This document shows positions 9,400 through 19,416 of a stretch of 64,000 bases of DNA, in pieces. The stretch comes from Arcicella sp. (GTDB taxonomy: Bacteria > Bacteroidota > Bacteroidia > Cytophagales > Spirosomataceae), in NCBI GenBank assembly GCA_034519515.1, contig JAXHOK010000068.1, positions 219,421-283,420 of the forward strand, written 5' to 3'. The position numbers were made by a program, and so were the translations under genes. Position 1 is the first letter of the stretch. Each line of letters starts with the position of its first letter. The notes under the pieces were generated by a model, which was given only the letters and a program-made list of their open reading frames with translations, did not search any database and was not told the origin of the DNA.

Positions 9400-11721
9400 A
9401 TGGATTATTTACAGGGACTCAATGAACCGCAACAACAAGCGGTACAACATATCAACGGACCATTGATGATTATTGCGGGGGCGGGTTCGGGCAAAACTCG
9501 GGTACTTACTTATCGCACGGCTTATCTCATCGAAAAGGGGATTGACCCTTTCCAAATTCTGCTTCTGACTTTTACTAACAAAGCCGCTGGTGAGATGCGA
9601 AATCGTATCGAAACAGTAGTGGGAAATGATGGTAAAAACCTCTGGATGGGGACTTTTCACTCGGTTTTCGCCAAAATTCTTCGTTTTGACGGAAAGCATT
9701 TGGGCTATACTTCTGATTTTTCTATTTATGATACTGACGACTCCAAATCACTTATCCGAAGCATCGTAAAAGAGCGTGGTTTGGACGATAAAATCTATAA
9801 ACCCAACGTGGTTTTCAACCGAATCTCGGGAGCAAAAAACCGCTTGATTGGTCCTGATGAATACGCCAATAATCCCGTGATTGCAGCGGATGATGCTTCG
9901 GCAAAATTACCCGAAATGGGTAAACTCTACAAGATTTACGCCCTCCGATGTTTTCAGGCAAACGCCATGGATTTTGATGATTTGCTGTATAATACCAATA
10001 TCCTTTTCAGAGACCATCCAGCGGTTTTGGATAAATACCAACGCAAATTTAAGTACGTAATGGTAGATGAGTTTCAAGATACAAATATTTCTCAGTACCT
10101 GATTGTCAAGAAGTTATCCGACATTTCACAGAATCTTTGCGTTGTGGGTGATGATGCTCAGTCAATTTATGCCTTCCGTGGGGCGAGTATTGATAACATC
10201 TTGAATTTGGAAAAAGATTACCCCAATATGACCACCATCAAGTTGGAACAAAATTATCGTTCGACGGTCAATATTGTGGAGGCTGCCAACTCGGTTATTG
10301 CCAAAAATAAGCATCAATTAAAGAAAAATGTTTTTACCGAAAACGAAGAAGGTTCGTTGATTGAATTGATAAAAGCGGGTTCGGATAATGAAGAAGGAAG
10401 GCTGATTTCGACCCATATTTTTGAGTCGAAAATGAACTTGGGTTTACGCAATACCGACTTTGCGATTTTGTATAGAACCAACGCCCAATCTCGTACTTTT
10501 GAAGAGTCTTTACGTAAACTGAACATCAAATATCGTATCATTGGTGGCTTATCTTTTTACCAACGCCGAGAGGTAAAAGATCTGATCGCCTACTTCCGTT
10601 TTGTGGTCAATCAAGCCGATGAAGAGGCTTTCAAGCGGATTATCAACTTGCCCAAAAGGGGAATCGGTGATACCACGATTGCCAAAATTACCATCACTGC
10701 TTCGGAGCAACAGATTCCCGTTTGGCAGGTGGTTTCTAATATTCGCCAGTATCAGGCGGGACGTTTTGCTGATACCATCGAAGGCTTTGCCGATTTGATA
10801 AAGTCCTTCAAAATCATGGCGGAATCTCAGAAAAAAGATGCTTATGAAGTGGCGGCTCACATCGCTAAGGCATCGGGTTTGTTGAAGGAATTGCACGAAG
10901 ACAAAACCGTGGAAGGATTATCACGTTACGAGAACGTTCAATCATTATTAAACTCGGTGAAAGAATTTGTTGATAATCCCGATACGAGCGAAGAAGAAAA
11001 AACACTTTCGGCATTTTTACAGAATGTATCGTTAATGACCAATGCCGACCAAGACGATGCCGATGGTGACAATGACCGTGTAACGATGATGACCATTCAC
11101 GGGGCTAAGGGGCTGGAATTCAACCATGTATATGTCGTTGGGTTGGAAGAAGACCTTTTTCCGAGCCAGATGATGCTCCAAAGTCGGGCGGATTTGGAAG
11201 AAGAAAGACGACTTTTTTACGTGGCAATTACCCGTGCCGAAAAGAAATTGATGATGTCTTACGCCGAGACACGCTACCAATGGGGACGTTTGAAACCTTG
11301 CGAACCAAGTCGTTTTTTGGATGAAATTGACCCCAAATATTTACAATTTGCCAAAAATATCCGTAGAGCCGTTGAAGACACGCAAAGGTTGCCACAAGGT
11401 TTTGTGAGGATGTCAAGTAAGGAGCAAAAAATGCCCGATTTCAACACGCCCGATACTAAAACGCCCATTGCCAATTTAATCAGACCCTCGACAGCCCCAC
11501 GCCCGCAAGTAGCGAATACATACAGTCCTTCGCAAGATTTTGTGCCGAGTGATACCAAAAATTTACAGGAAAATGACCGAGTGGAACACTTGAAATTTGG
11601 TTTTGGGAAAGTAAAAAAGATTGACGTAAACGGGACAGACCGCAAAGCCATTATTCAATTTGAAGGAAGTATTGGCGAGAAGACTTTGCTGTTGAGTTTT
11701 GCCAAGTTGCGGATTTTGTAA
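9400..11721 (+). CDS. pcrA: ATP-dependent DNA helicase PcrA/UvrD
   Basis: AGAGSGKT, VDEFQD, VGDDAQSIY, QNYRST, HGAKGLEF, EERRLFYVAITRA and C-terminal Tudor-like DRVEHLKFGFG. Confidence 0.95.
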   Translation: MDYLQGLNEPQQQAVQHINGPLMIIAGAGSGKTRVLTYRTAYLIEKGIDPFQILLLTFTNKAAGEMRNRIETVVGNDGKNLWMGTFHSVFAKILRFDGKHLGYTSDFSIYDTDDSKSLIRSIVKERGLDDKIYKPNVVFNRISGAKNRLIGPDEYANNPVIAADDASAKLPEMGKLYKIYALRCFQANAMDFDDLLYNTNILFRDHPAVLDKYQRKFKYVMVDEFQDTNISQYLIVKKLSDISQNLCVVGDDAQSIYAFRGASIDNILNLEKDYPNMTTIKLEQNYRSTVNIVEAANSVIAKNKHQLKKNVFTENEEGSLIELIKAGSDNEEGRLISTHIFESKMNLGLRNTDFAILYRTNAQSRTFEESLRKLNIKYRIIGGLSFYQRREVKDLIAYFRFVVNQADEEAFKRIINLPKRGIGDTTIAKITITASEQQIPVWQVVSNIRQYQAGRFADTIEGFADLIKSFKIMAESQKKDAYEVAAHIAKASGLLKELHEDKTVEGLSRYENVQSLLNSVKEFVDNPDTSEEEKTLSAFLQNVSLMTNADQDDADGDNDRVTMMTIHGAKGLEFNHVYVVGLEEDLFPSQMMLQSRADLEEERRLFYVAITRAEKKLMMSYAETRYQWGRLKPCEPSRFLDEIDPKYLQFAKNIRRAVEDTQRLPQGFVRMSSKEQKMPDFNTPDTKTPIANLIRPSTAPRPQVANTYSPSQDFVPSDTKNLQENDRVEHLKFGFGKVKKIDVNGTDRKAIIQFEGSIGEKTLLLSFAKLRIL

Positions 11722-11842
11722 GGGGTCAGCAGGTAAAAATTTCATCTGTACTTTAACTTTATAATTATTGCAAATATCTGATAGTCAAATTATTACAAAT
11801 CAAAACTAATCATCTTATTTTAATTCCATATCGAAAAAGTAC

Positions 11843-13837
11843 ATGAAATTACTAAATTTAAGACTTACCAATTTTAGGAAAATAAGTAATTTACCTGAAA
11901 CCACCATTACTTTTAACCAAGATATTAACGTTTTGGTAGGAGCAAATAATGCGGGTAAAACAAGTATTCTAAATGCGATTCAGAGGCTTTTTAAGACGGA
12001 AGAGGTTACGCCAAGAGATTTGAATTATTTAGTAAATGATGGGAATTTGATAATTGAGGGAGATATTTTACTGACTAAGGAACAGTGGAAATCGTATTTG
12101 ACTTTGGGAATAAATATTACGAATAGTATTGCTACTAATGTTGATTTAGAAGGTTTATCTGAAATGATGTTACCCGAAGTCATAACGTTGAAATCTCAAG
12201 TGAGTTATATTAACAAAAAAGAAACATCTCGTTTCCTAAAAGCTGATATTGACAAGGAATTTTTTGATGGACATCAAAACTTAGATTTTTTACCTTTAAC
12301 GGTAATATTATCAAATACTCAACATGTCATTGCCAATTCTAATTTCTACAACGTCTATAAATCTCCTCTCTATCTTGATTCAAAAGGAAAAATTTTAGAT
12401 AATGAAAAATTTATTCCTCTTAATCAAATTGAAGAAAAAACCTCTGATAATTATGTAAATATCAGGGGTTTACTATATGCTTTAAAGAAAAGAGAACCTC
12501 AAAAATTTGAAGATTTCAAAAAACGTTTATTGGAAATTTTTACTGAACTGAACGATGTAGATGTTATCAACAATGAAGAATTAGGACAATTTGAACTGAT
12601 TTTACATGAAAAACTTCGTAAAAACGGAACAACAGAAAATGTTAGTTATGACATCAATAATGTTGGGCAAGGAATGCAAACGTTGGTTTTGATGCTTTCT
12701 ACAATTCTATTATTGAAGCCAAGTATTGTGCTAATGGACGAACCAGAAGTACACATGCACCCAAGTTTGATAAAGGAATTTGTTAAATATATTCAATTAC
12801 TTTCCGTTGATACTCAGTTTATTATCACTACTCACAGTCTGGTTTTGATTCAAGAAGTGGGTTTGGATAAAGTTTTTTCATTGAAGAATGAAATTGACCA
12901 GAAGGGAATTATTATTTCAAAAGTAGAGGATAAGAATAAATTATTGGAAACTGTCCAACAATTGGGCTATGAAATTGATACACTAACTTACACTCAAAAA
13001 CCCTCCATTTATGTATTTACGGAAGGTCCGAGTGATAAAGATTTTATTCTGGCATTTGCAGAAAAAGCAAATCTACAAGCTCAAATAAACTCATTTGCAA
13101 CGGCTTTTATTGCGATGGGAGGAAAAGGCAATCGGTATAAGTTGGCTAATTTGATTAATATACTCAATGAAGAAGAGTTTATAAATGCCCCGCTTTTGAT
13201 GGTATTGGACAAAGATGAAACGGCTAATGATACGATTGAAGACATAAGAAGTAAGTTCTTCTCGAAAAACCCTAAAAGGTTGCATTATTTAAGTAAGCGA
13301 CAAATTGAGAATTATCTGATTGATGAAAAGGCTATTAAAAATATTGTTGCTAAAAAAATCAAAGATGAAACTTTGCTAAATCAATGGGAAACTGAAAATT
13401 TTAATGATAAAATTCTCAGTTTTGTAGAACTCCAAAAAGATAAAATTCAAGAAAATTTCATTAGTGAATTATTCATTAATGATTCGTTGGTAAATGCAAA
13501 ACGTATTACAGAAATTCTTAAATCTTTAAAAGAAAAGCCTTTAAATCAATCAATACCTGAATTTACAGGGGAATTATTTAAAACTATTGGTATTCAAACA
13601 TCACAACTCTCACAAAAAACAAACTCTATTGTAACAGAGTTTGAAAGTAGTTGGGAAACAAATAAAGTAGAAATGTGCGATTGTAGAGAGTTATTGAAGG
13701 CAATTCGACAATGGGTTCAGCAAGATTACAAAGTATCATTTTCAAATAATGAATTGATTGAAGCAATGGATAAAATTCCAGACGAAATAAATACTTTATT
13801 GATTCAACTGACCAAGCCAGATGAGCTTAAAATTTAA
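11843..13837 (+). CDS. OLD-like ABC-ATPase fused to TOPRIM nuclease domain
   Basis: GANNAGKT, GQGMQ, LMDEPEVHMHP, TTHS, then TEGPSD, LDKD and IENYL TOPRIM motifs; AT-rich. Confidence 0.85.
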   Translation: MKLLNLRLTNFRKISNLPETTITFNQDINVLVGANNAGKTSILNAIQRLFKTEEVTPRDLNYLVNDGNLIIEGDILLTKEQWKSYLTLGINITNSIATNVDLEGLSEMMLPEVITLKSQVSYINKKETSRFLKADIDKEFFDGHQNLDFLPLTVILSNTQHVIANSNFYNVYKSPLYLDSKGKILDNEKFIPLNQIEEKTSDNYVNIRGLLYALKKREPQKFEDFKKRLLEIFTELNDVDVINNEELGQFELILHEKLRKNGTTENVSYDINNVGQGMQTLVLMLSTILLLKPSIVLMDEPEVHMHPSLIKEFVKYIQLLSVDTQFIITTHSLVLIQEVGLDKVFSLKNEIDQKGIIISKVEDKNKLLETVQQLGYEIDTLTYTQKPSIYVFTEGPSDKDFILAFAEKANLQAQINSFATAFIAMGGKGNRYKLANLINILNEEEFINAPLLMVLDKDETANDTIEDIRSKFFSKNPKRLHYLSKRQIENYLIDEKAIKNIVAKKIKDETLLNQWETENFNDKILSFVELQKDKIQENFISELFINDSLVNAKRITEILKSLKEKPLNQSIPEFTGELFKTIGIQTSQLSQKTNSIVTEFESSWETNKVEMCDCRELLKAIRQWVQQDYKVSFSNNELIEAMDKIPDEINTLLIQLTKPDELKI

Positions 13838-13903
13838 GGGAGAGTTTCATAGTAGAGTTGTTCTTCCATTCAAAAATTGTACTTTTCATTAATTCCTAAA
13901 AAA

Positions 13904-13931
13904 TAAGCCATGAAAAGTTTTCTCATGGCTC
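13904..13931. terminator. hairpin between convergent genes
   Basis: AGCCATGA / TCATGGCT stem preceded by an A run. Confidence 0.5.
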
Positions 13932-13949
13932 AAACCTCACCGCTAAACC

Positions 13950-15269
13950 CTAAGAAAAATACTTCGTCTTCCCAGGCACAGCCACTGGATAATTCCCGTT
14001 CGCATCGGGTTTCAGAGGCATATCAGCATCCCAAGCAAAGGTTTTTGGCATAATATCAATGCCTGAATTAATGGCTTTGTCCCACTCAATAGTTTGCCCA
14101 GAATAGGTGGCTAATCTGCCTAAAATGGATGTCATGGTTGATTTTGCTCCGTTTTCGGCATCGGCAAATTTATATTCTCCTTTGGCAATTGCCGCAAAAA
14201 GTTCATCGTGTTCAGTTTGGTATGGGTCGGGGTCTTTTGAGGCGTTATGTTTGAAAAGCGTTTTGCCTTTATGGTCGGTAATGTGGGCGGCATCAAACAT
14301 GATTTTCCCTTTTGTACCAACCACCATTTCGTCCACCTTCGCCCATGTGCCTTTTTGGTGGCGACATTGTGAGTTTAAGATTGTGCCATCGGCGTATTCA
14401 AACTCTACGATGTGGTGGTCAAAAATCTCGCCAGTGTCTTTGCCCACACGAGTGCCACGCCCACCCGTGCCACGAGCCTTCACGGGATAAGCCCCTTTTG
14501 CCCAGTTGATTACGTCAATATTATGAATATGTTGTTCAGTAATATGGTCGCCACAAATCCAGTTAAAATAATACTAATTTCGCATTTGATATTCCATCTC
14601 GGTCATTGAGGCGGTGCGTGGTTTTGTCCAAACGCCATCATTATTCCACCAAGCCGAAGCCGAAACCACATCGCCCACCATACCATCTTGCAAACGCTTC
14701 ATCACTTCACGGTATGAGGTCTGATAATGTCTTTGCAGACCCACGACAACATTCAATTTTTTGGCTTTTGCTTTTTCGGCAGCCACCAAAATTCGTTGGA
14801 TTCCTGCGGGGTCGGTAGCACAGGGTTTTTCCATGAAAATGTGCTTTCCCGCATTCACTGCCGCCTCAAAGTGCATCGGACGAAAACCTGGGGGAGTCGT
14901 CAAAATCACGACATCCGCCAAAGGAATTGCCTTCAAATAAGCATCAAAACCCGTGAATTTATTTTCGGGTTTTACGTCAATTTTAGATTTCAAAGTGGCT
15001 TGTTCATCGCTCGTAATTGCTTCAAAACAAGAATCCAAGCGGTCTTTAAAAGCATCCGCCATTGCCACCAATTTCACGTTTTGTTTGGTGCTAAGTGCCT
15101 GAACGATAGCACCAGTACCTCGCCCACCGCAACCGATGAGGGCAATTTTGATGATATCGTCCACGCTATTATTAAGCCTTGAAGCCTCCGAAAAAAACGG
15201 AGAAACCAACAATCCTCCTGCCGTGAGGAGAGAAGTATTTTTTACAAATTCACGCCTGTTTTGATTCAT
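13950..15269 (-). pseudogene. Tat-exported Gfo/Idh/MocA oxidoreductase with an in-frame TAG at 14574-14576
   Basis: NRREF twin-arginine signal, IGCGGRG, EKP. The two ORFs share a frame and read EYQMRN*YYFNWICGDH, where W (TGG) is expected. Confidence 0.85.
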
Positions 15270-15360
15270 TGGATTTTTGGATTTATGTTTGAAATTTGTG
15301 TAACATACTTATTTAGAATGAATTATAATGATTAGAATATTATTTTTTAGGAATAGATTT

Positions 15361-15442
15361 CCCTTGTCATCCTGAAAGGAACTAACTGTGAAGTCCCAAA
15401 TAATCCTCAAATCGAAGGTAGTTTCTTTCAGAATGACAAGGG
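15361..15442. repeat. REP-like palindromic unit A
   Basis: CCCTTGTCATCCTGAAAGGAACTAACT ... AGGTAGTTTCTTTCAGAATGACAAGGG, 24/27 complementary. Confidence 0.85.
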
Positions 15443-15513
15443 TAATTCTCTTCTAAATGATAGAACAAAAATGTCAAAACTGAACTAAATTACGAAAGCC
15501 CCAAGCAAATTAT

Positions 15514-15612
15514 CCTTGTCATCCTGAAAGGAACTAACTCCGAAATTCCAAAGGTGTGTTTCTTAGGCACTCTAAGGTATATTCTTTCAGGAATGCCTAA
15601 TCAGAATGACAA
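15514..15612. repeat. REP-like palindromic unit B
   Basis: Left arm CCTTGTCATCCTGAAAGGAACTAACTCCGA; degenerate right arm ending TCAGAATGACAA. Confidence 0.8.
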
Positions 15613-15631
15613 TGAGACTTCGTTTTCCGAA

Positions 15632-15922
15632 TCAAGGAATAATAAAATTCCAATCTGGATTGTGTTCATTTATCAACGCCTCTTTCTTATCTCTCATCAT
15701 TAATTTGATTTCTTTTTCTCGTTCAATAGCGTGTTGAATGTATTGATAATATTCAAAGTGCAGAAGATTGTAACAATAATATTTACCTGCAAAAATTTTT
15801 GGATTACCTCGGTTTTCAAAGTGTTGTTGCATTCTAACTTGCAGATTGTTGGTAACGCCAGTGTAAAGAACTGTCTTTCTTGGGTTAGTTACGATGTAAA
15901 CGAAATAATTATGTTGCTTCAT
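15632..15922 (-). CDS. small stand-alone GIY-YIG nuclease (UPF0213-like)
   Basis: YFVYI...LYTGVTNNLQVRMQQH...AIEREKEIK. Confidence 0.9.
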   Translation of the reverse strand: MKQHNYFVYIVTNPRKTVLYTGVTNNLQVRMQQHFENRGNPKIFAGKYYCYNLLHFEYYQYIQHAIEREKEIKLMMRDKKEALINEHNPDWNFIIP

Positions 15923-15988
15923 GAGTGGTTATGTTTGAATTTTGAGTTTTATAAAAAATAGTTGCTCTGAAATAATCAAAATTGTACA

Positions 15989-16076
15989 CTTTGCATCCTG
16001 ATTAGGGACAAAATCTGAATTTTCCAAAAATTAATTATCTTCAACTCGGAGTTAGTTCCTTTGAGGATGACAAGGG
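15989..16076. repeat. REP-like palindromic unit C
   Basis: 16046-16075 is the reverse complement of the unit B left arm at 29/30; degenerate left arm at ~15989-16018. Confidence 0.8.
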
Positions 16077-16137
16077 CAGTTTTTGGCTCTTATCGAATTA
16101 AAACTCATTTCCGATTTGTTTTTATATTCAATAACCT

Positions 16138-17075
16138 CTACTTCAAAATCCCCTCAAAAAACGACTCAACTTCCTCCTTCGTGGGTTGTTTCACAGGACG
16201 AACCACTCGGAATCCCACAAAAGGCGAATCTGCATTCCACCATTTACTTTTGGGAATTTGAGGGTCTCTTCTGTTCCAAATTAAGTCGGATTTTAGGCGG
16301 TCGGCACTGCGTAATTGAGCTTCTTCGCTTTGGTAATTTCCGCCCTTCACGGTGCTTGGATAACGTTTTATTTTTACGCTATATGGTGATATTTGCCCTT
16401 CTTTCAAAGTCTTATAAAATCCTTCATCATATTGGTCAAGTGTCCATTCTGCCACATTTCCCAACATATCATACAAGCCCCAAGGGTTTGTTTTTTTTCG
16501 GCTACGTGATGATATTTTTCTTCCGAATTACCTTTAAACCATGCGTAAGTGCTTAATTCTGAGGCATTTTCTCCAAAAAAGAAACGGCTTTTGCTGTCTG
16601 CTCTGCACGCATATTCCCATTCGGCTTCGGTGGGTAGGCGGTAGAAAAATCCCGTTTTATAATACAACCATTTGCAATACATCAAAGCAGCATATTGTTG
16701 CATGGAATTGGCTGGAAATCCTCCTACTTTGCCCATGCCCAAAGTAAAATCTATGTACGGCGGACTCGGGCGAGTGATGGCATCGGGCTTGGGTTCGGGG
16801 TCACGTTCTTCTTCAAAGAAAAGTTGGTATTCGTCATACGTTACCTCCGTTGCCCCCATCCAAAAAGGTTCTATTTTTATTTTAACTTGGGGGCTTTCAT
16901 CGGCTTCGTGTCCTGGTTCATTTTCGGGACTTCCCAGCATAAATTCACCCGCAGGAATAGGCATCATTTTAAACTTCACAGTTGTGTTAGGAATCACTTG
17001 TTCATAAGCCTTAAAGTCTTGTGATAGAGATATTTGTGATACTAAAAAGAGAAAAACTAAAATTGTTTTTTGCAT
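16138..17075 (-). pseudogene. formylglycine-generating enzyme (SUMF1/FGE-sulfatase) family protein, 1-nt frameshift near 16490
   Basis: RLPTEAEWEYACRA in one frame; NPWGLYDMLGNVAEW and GFRVV in the next; shift at an A8 run. Confidence 0.85.
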
Positions 17076-17154
17076 TATTCTTATGAAAAATTATATCTTT
17101 TAAAGCTACTAAAAAAAGTAAAGAATTAAAAGATATACTTAGAAAAAGAGAAAC

Positions 17155-17187
17155 AAAAAAAGAGAGACTCAAAAGCCTCTCTTTTTT
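17155..17187. terminator. terminator downstream of purH
   Basis: AAAAAAAGAGAG / CTCTCTTTTTT stem. Confidence 0.55.
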
Positions 17188-17190
17188 GAA

Positions 17191-17269
17191 AACTTCCCGA
17201 AAGTAGAAATAACTTTCGGGAAGTATCTCGCAATAACTTCCCGAAAGTAGAAATAACTTTCGGGAAGTT
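17191..17269. repeat. two direct copies of a 34-bp palindrome
   Basis: AACTTCCCGAAAGT-AGAAATA-ACTTTCGGGAAGT at 17191 and 17235. Confidence 0.9.
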
Positions 17270-17286
17270 CAAGTTTTTACGAAAAA

Positions 17287-18807
17287 TTAATGCTTAAAAT
17301 GACGAATCCCCGTCATCACCATCGCCACACCATTCTCATCACAATAGGCAATTGAATCTTTATCTTTTATTGAACCGCCTGGTTGCGTAACTGCCTTGAT
17401 ACCAGCCTTATACGCAATCTCTACACAGTCTGGAAAAGGAAAAAACGCATCCGAAGCCATTACCGCACCTTGCAAATCGAATCCAAATTCTTTGGCTTTT
17501 TCGATGGCTTGTTTCAAGGCATCAACCCGTGAAGTTTGCCCCACGCCACTGGCTAAAAGTTGTCCTTCTTTCGCCAAAATAATGGTGTTTGATTTGGTAT
17601 GTTTACAGATTTTTAAAGCAAATTCTAATGCTTTTAACTCTGATTCAGTTGGTGCTTTTTGGGTAACGGTTTTAAAATTAGCGATTTTTTCAGTAACCAA
17701 ATCTTTATCCTGTTCCAAAACTCCATTCAACAAAGTCTTGAACATTTTTCTGCCAAAATCCACTTGTTTACGAACCAATAAAATACGATTTTTCTTGGTT
17801 TTAAGCACTTCCAGAGCCTCTTCTGTGTATTCTGGAGCAATCAGAATCTCGAAGAAAAGCGAGTTCATTTCTTCGGCAGCCGCTTTATCAACCGTTCCGT
17901 TGGTGGCTAAAACTCCGCCAAAAGCCGAGATAGTATCGCAAGCAAAAGCGTTTCTGTATGCCTCATGTACGCTCGCACCCGAAGCCACTCCACAAGCGTT
18001 GGTATGCTTGATGATAACGAAAGAAGTTTCCTCAAATTCATCCAATAAAGTGATGCAAGCGTCCACATCAACTAAGTTGTTGTATGATAATTCTTTGCCG
18101 TGCAGCTTATCAAAAAGAGCCTCTAAATCACCATAAAAAGTGGCGGATTGATGAGGATTCTCTCCATAACGTAATCCACTTTGCGGTAAGGTTTTAAAAT
18201 CGTAAATATCGGTTTTGTTGCCGTTGAAATAGGCATGAATGGCAGTATCATAATGTGAAGAAGTACCAAACGCTAACATGGCAAAACGCTTGCGGTCGGA
18301 TAAATCAGTTTGGCAGTTCTTGTTTTCCAGAATCGAAAGCACTTCTGCGTATTGTGTCCGTGATGAAACAATCAAGACATCATTGAAGTTTTTGGCAGCC
18401 CCACGAATCAAGGAAATGCCACCAATGTCGATTTTTTCGATAATGTCATCTTCCGAAGCACCACTCAAAACGGTTTCCTCAAAGGGATATAAATCTACGA
18501 TAACAAGGTCAATCGAAGGGATTTCATATTGAGCGGCAGTGTCTATATCTCCTTGATTATCACGACGATACAAAATTCCACCGAATACTTTTGGGTGTAA
18601 TGTTTTCACTCGTCCACCAAAAATTGAAGGGTAACTTGTGAGGTCTTCCACCGCCGTAACTGGGATATTTAACTCTTCAATAAAAGTTTGTGTGCCACCC
18701 GTTGAGTAGAGTTTTACACCATTTTTATGGAGCAATTCCACAATCGGAGCGAGACCGTCTTTGTAATAAACCGAAATGAGAGCTGATTGGATTTTCTTGG
18801 ATTCCAT
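17287..18807 (-). CDS. purH: bifunctional AICAR transformylase/IMP cyclohydrolase
   Basis: GGRVKTLHP, IDIGG, LRYGENPHQ, SDAFFPF, RHFKH. Confidence 0.98.
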   Translation of the reverse strand: MESKKIQSALISVYYKDGLAPIVELLHKNGVKLYSTGGTQTFIEELNIPVTAVEDLTSYPSIFGGRVKTLHPKVFGGILYRRDNQGDIDTAAQYEIPSIDLVIVDLYPFEETVLSGASEDDIIEKIDIGGISLIRGAAKNFNDVLIVSSRTQYAEVLSILENKNCQTDLSDRKRFAMLAFGTSSHYDTAIHAYFNGNKTDIYDFKTLPQSGLRYGENPHQSATFYGDLEALFDKLHGKELSYNNLVDVDACITLLDEFEETSFVIIKHTNACGVASGASVHEAYRNAFACDTISAFGGVLATNGTVDKAAAEEMNSLFFEILIAPEYTEEALEVLKTKKNRILLVRKQVDFGRKMFKTLLNGVLEQDKDLVTEKIANFKTVTQKAPTESELKALEFALKICKHTKSNTIILAKEGQLLASGVGQTSRVDALKQAIEKAKEFGFDLQGAVMASDAFFPFPDCVEIAYKAGIKAVTQPGGSIKDKDSIAYCDENGVAMVMTGIRHFKH

Positions 18808-18894
18808 TGTTTTGTTTTAATAAATAAAGTACAAAATTAGGGAATTTCAATTAAAGACGGGATAAAGTTTGAATTTATAGTCTGCGTAAAAACT

Positions 18895-18930
18895 AAAAGC
18901 GAGTTTTCCGTGATTGGAAAACTCGCTTTT
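18895..18930. terminator. intrinsic terminator of the lipoprotein/peptidase islet
   Basis: AAAAGCGAGTTTTCC / GGAAAACTCGCTTTT perfect stem. Confidence 0.75.
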
Positions 18931-18949
18931 ATCTTGCAATATTATTTAC

Positions 18950-19411
18950 CTAATTCAATGTATAAATGAAAGAAAATTTAGCAGGACTATCTCTTTTTTC
19001 AAGTATTATTTCTTTACCGTTGAAAACTACCTTATTATAAGTAACAACAGTGGTAAAAGAAATATCCAAACTTATTTTATCAATTTTACCGTCTGGATAA
19101 ACCATTTCTATAGTATTCATACCTTCTTTTAGAATCTCTTTGGTTAAACCGAAACCATTAAAAAGCTCAAAAAATTTATTGCCTTGTGAATCTTTATATA
19201 TTCCTATTTTATTGCTTTCAAACGTATATACTTTGTTATTATCAGAAGTAACAATGAACTTAATATCTTTGCTATCCAATAATTTTGTTTTCTCTGTATC
19301 TTTAAATGTCAGAAAAGTCCCTTCAATTTTTCCTGGGGAATTAATTATGGGTTCCGTTTTCTGACAAGATATTACCGAGAATAGTGCGATTAAAAATGAG
19401 AAGATTTTTAT
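18950..19411 (-). CDS. putative lipoprotein with non-ATG (ATA) start
   Basis: Frame stays open upstream of the tracked ORF: (ATA)KIFSFLIALFSVIS-CQK is a lipoprotein signal peptide; no ATG in frame. Confidence 0.6.
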   Translation of the reverse strand: MKIFSFLIALFSVISCQKTEPIINSPGKIEGTFLTFKDTEKTKLLDSKDIKFIVTSDNNKVYTFESNKIGIYKDSQGNKFFELFNGFGLTKEILKEGMNTIEMVYPDGKIDKISLDISFTTVVTYNKVVFNGKEIILEKRDSPAKFSFIYTLN

Positions 19412-19416
19412 GTTGC

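Noticed and set aside
9400-13837. Gabija (GajA + GajB)
   Set aside because: The helicase is a full-length PcrA/UvrD with its C-terminal Tudor-like domain and core-like composition, and it lies upstream of the nuclease
14574-14576. TAG recoding or alternative genetic code
   Set aside because: TAG ends other genes here (zapA, rny) and this site is one base from the expected TGG
17191-17269. CRISPR array
   Set aside because: Only two repeats 10 bp apart and no cas genes; the same applies to the repeats at 15361-16076 and 38779-38881
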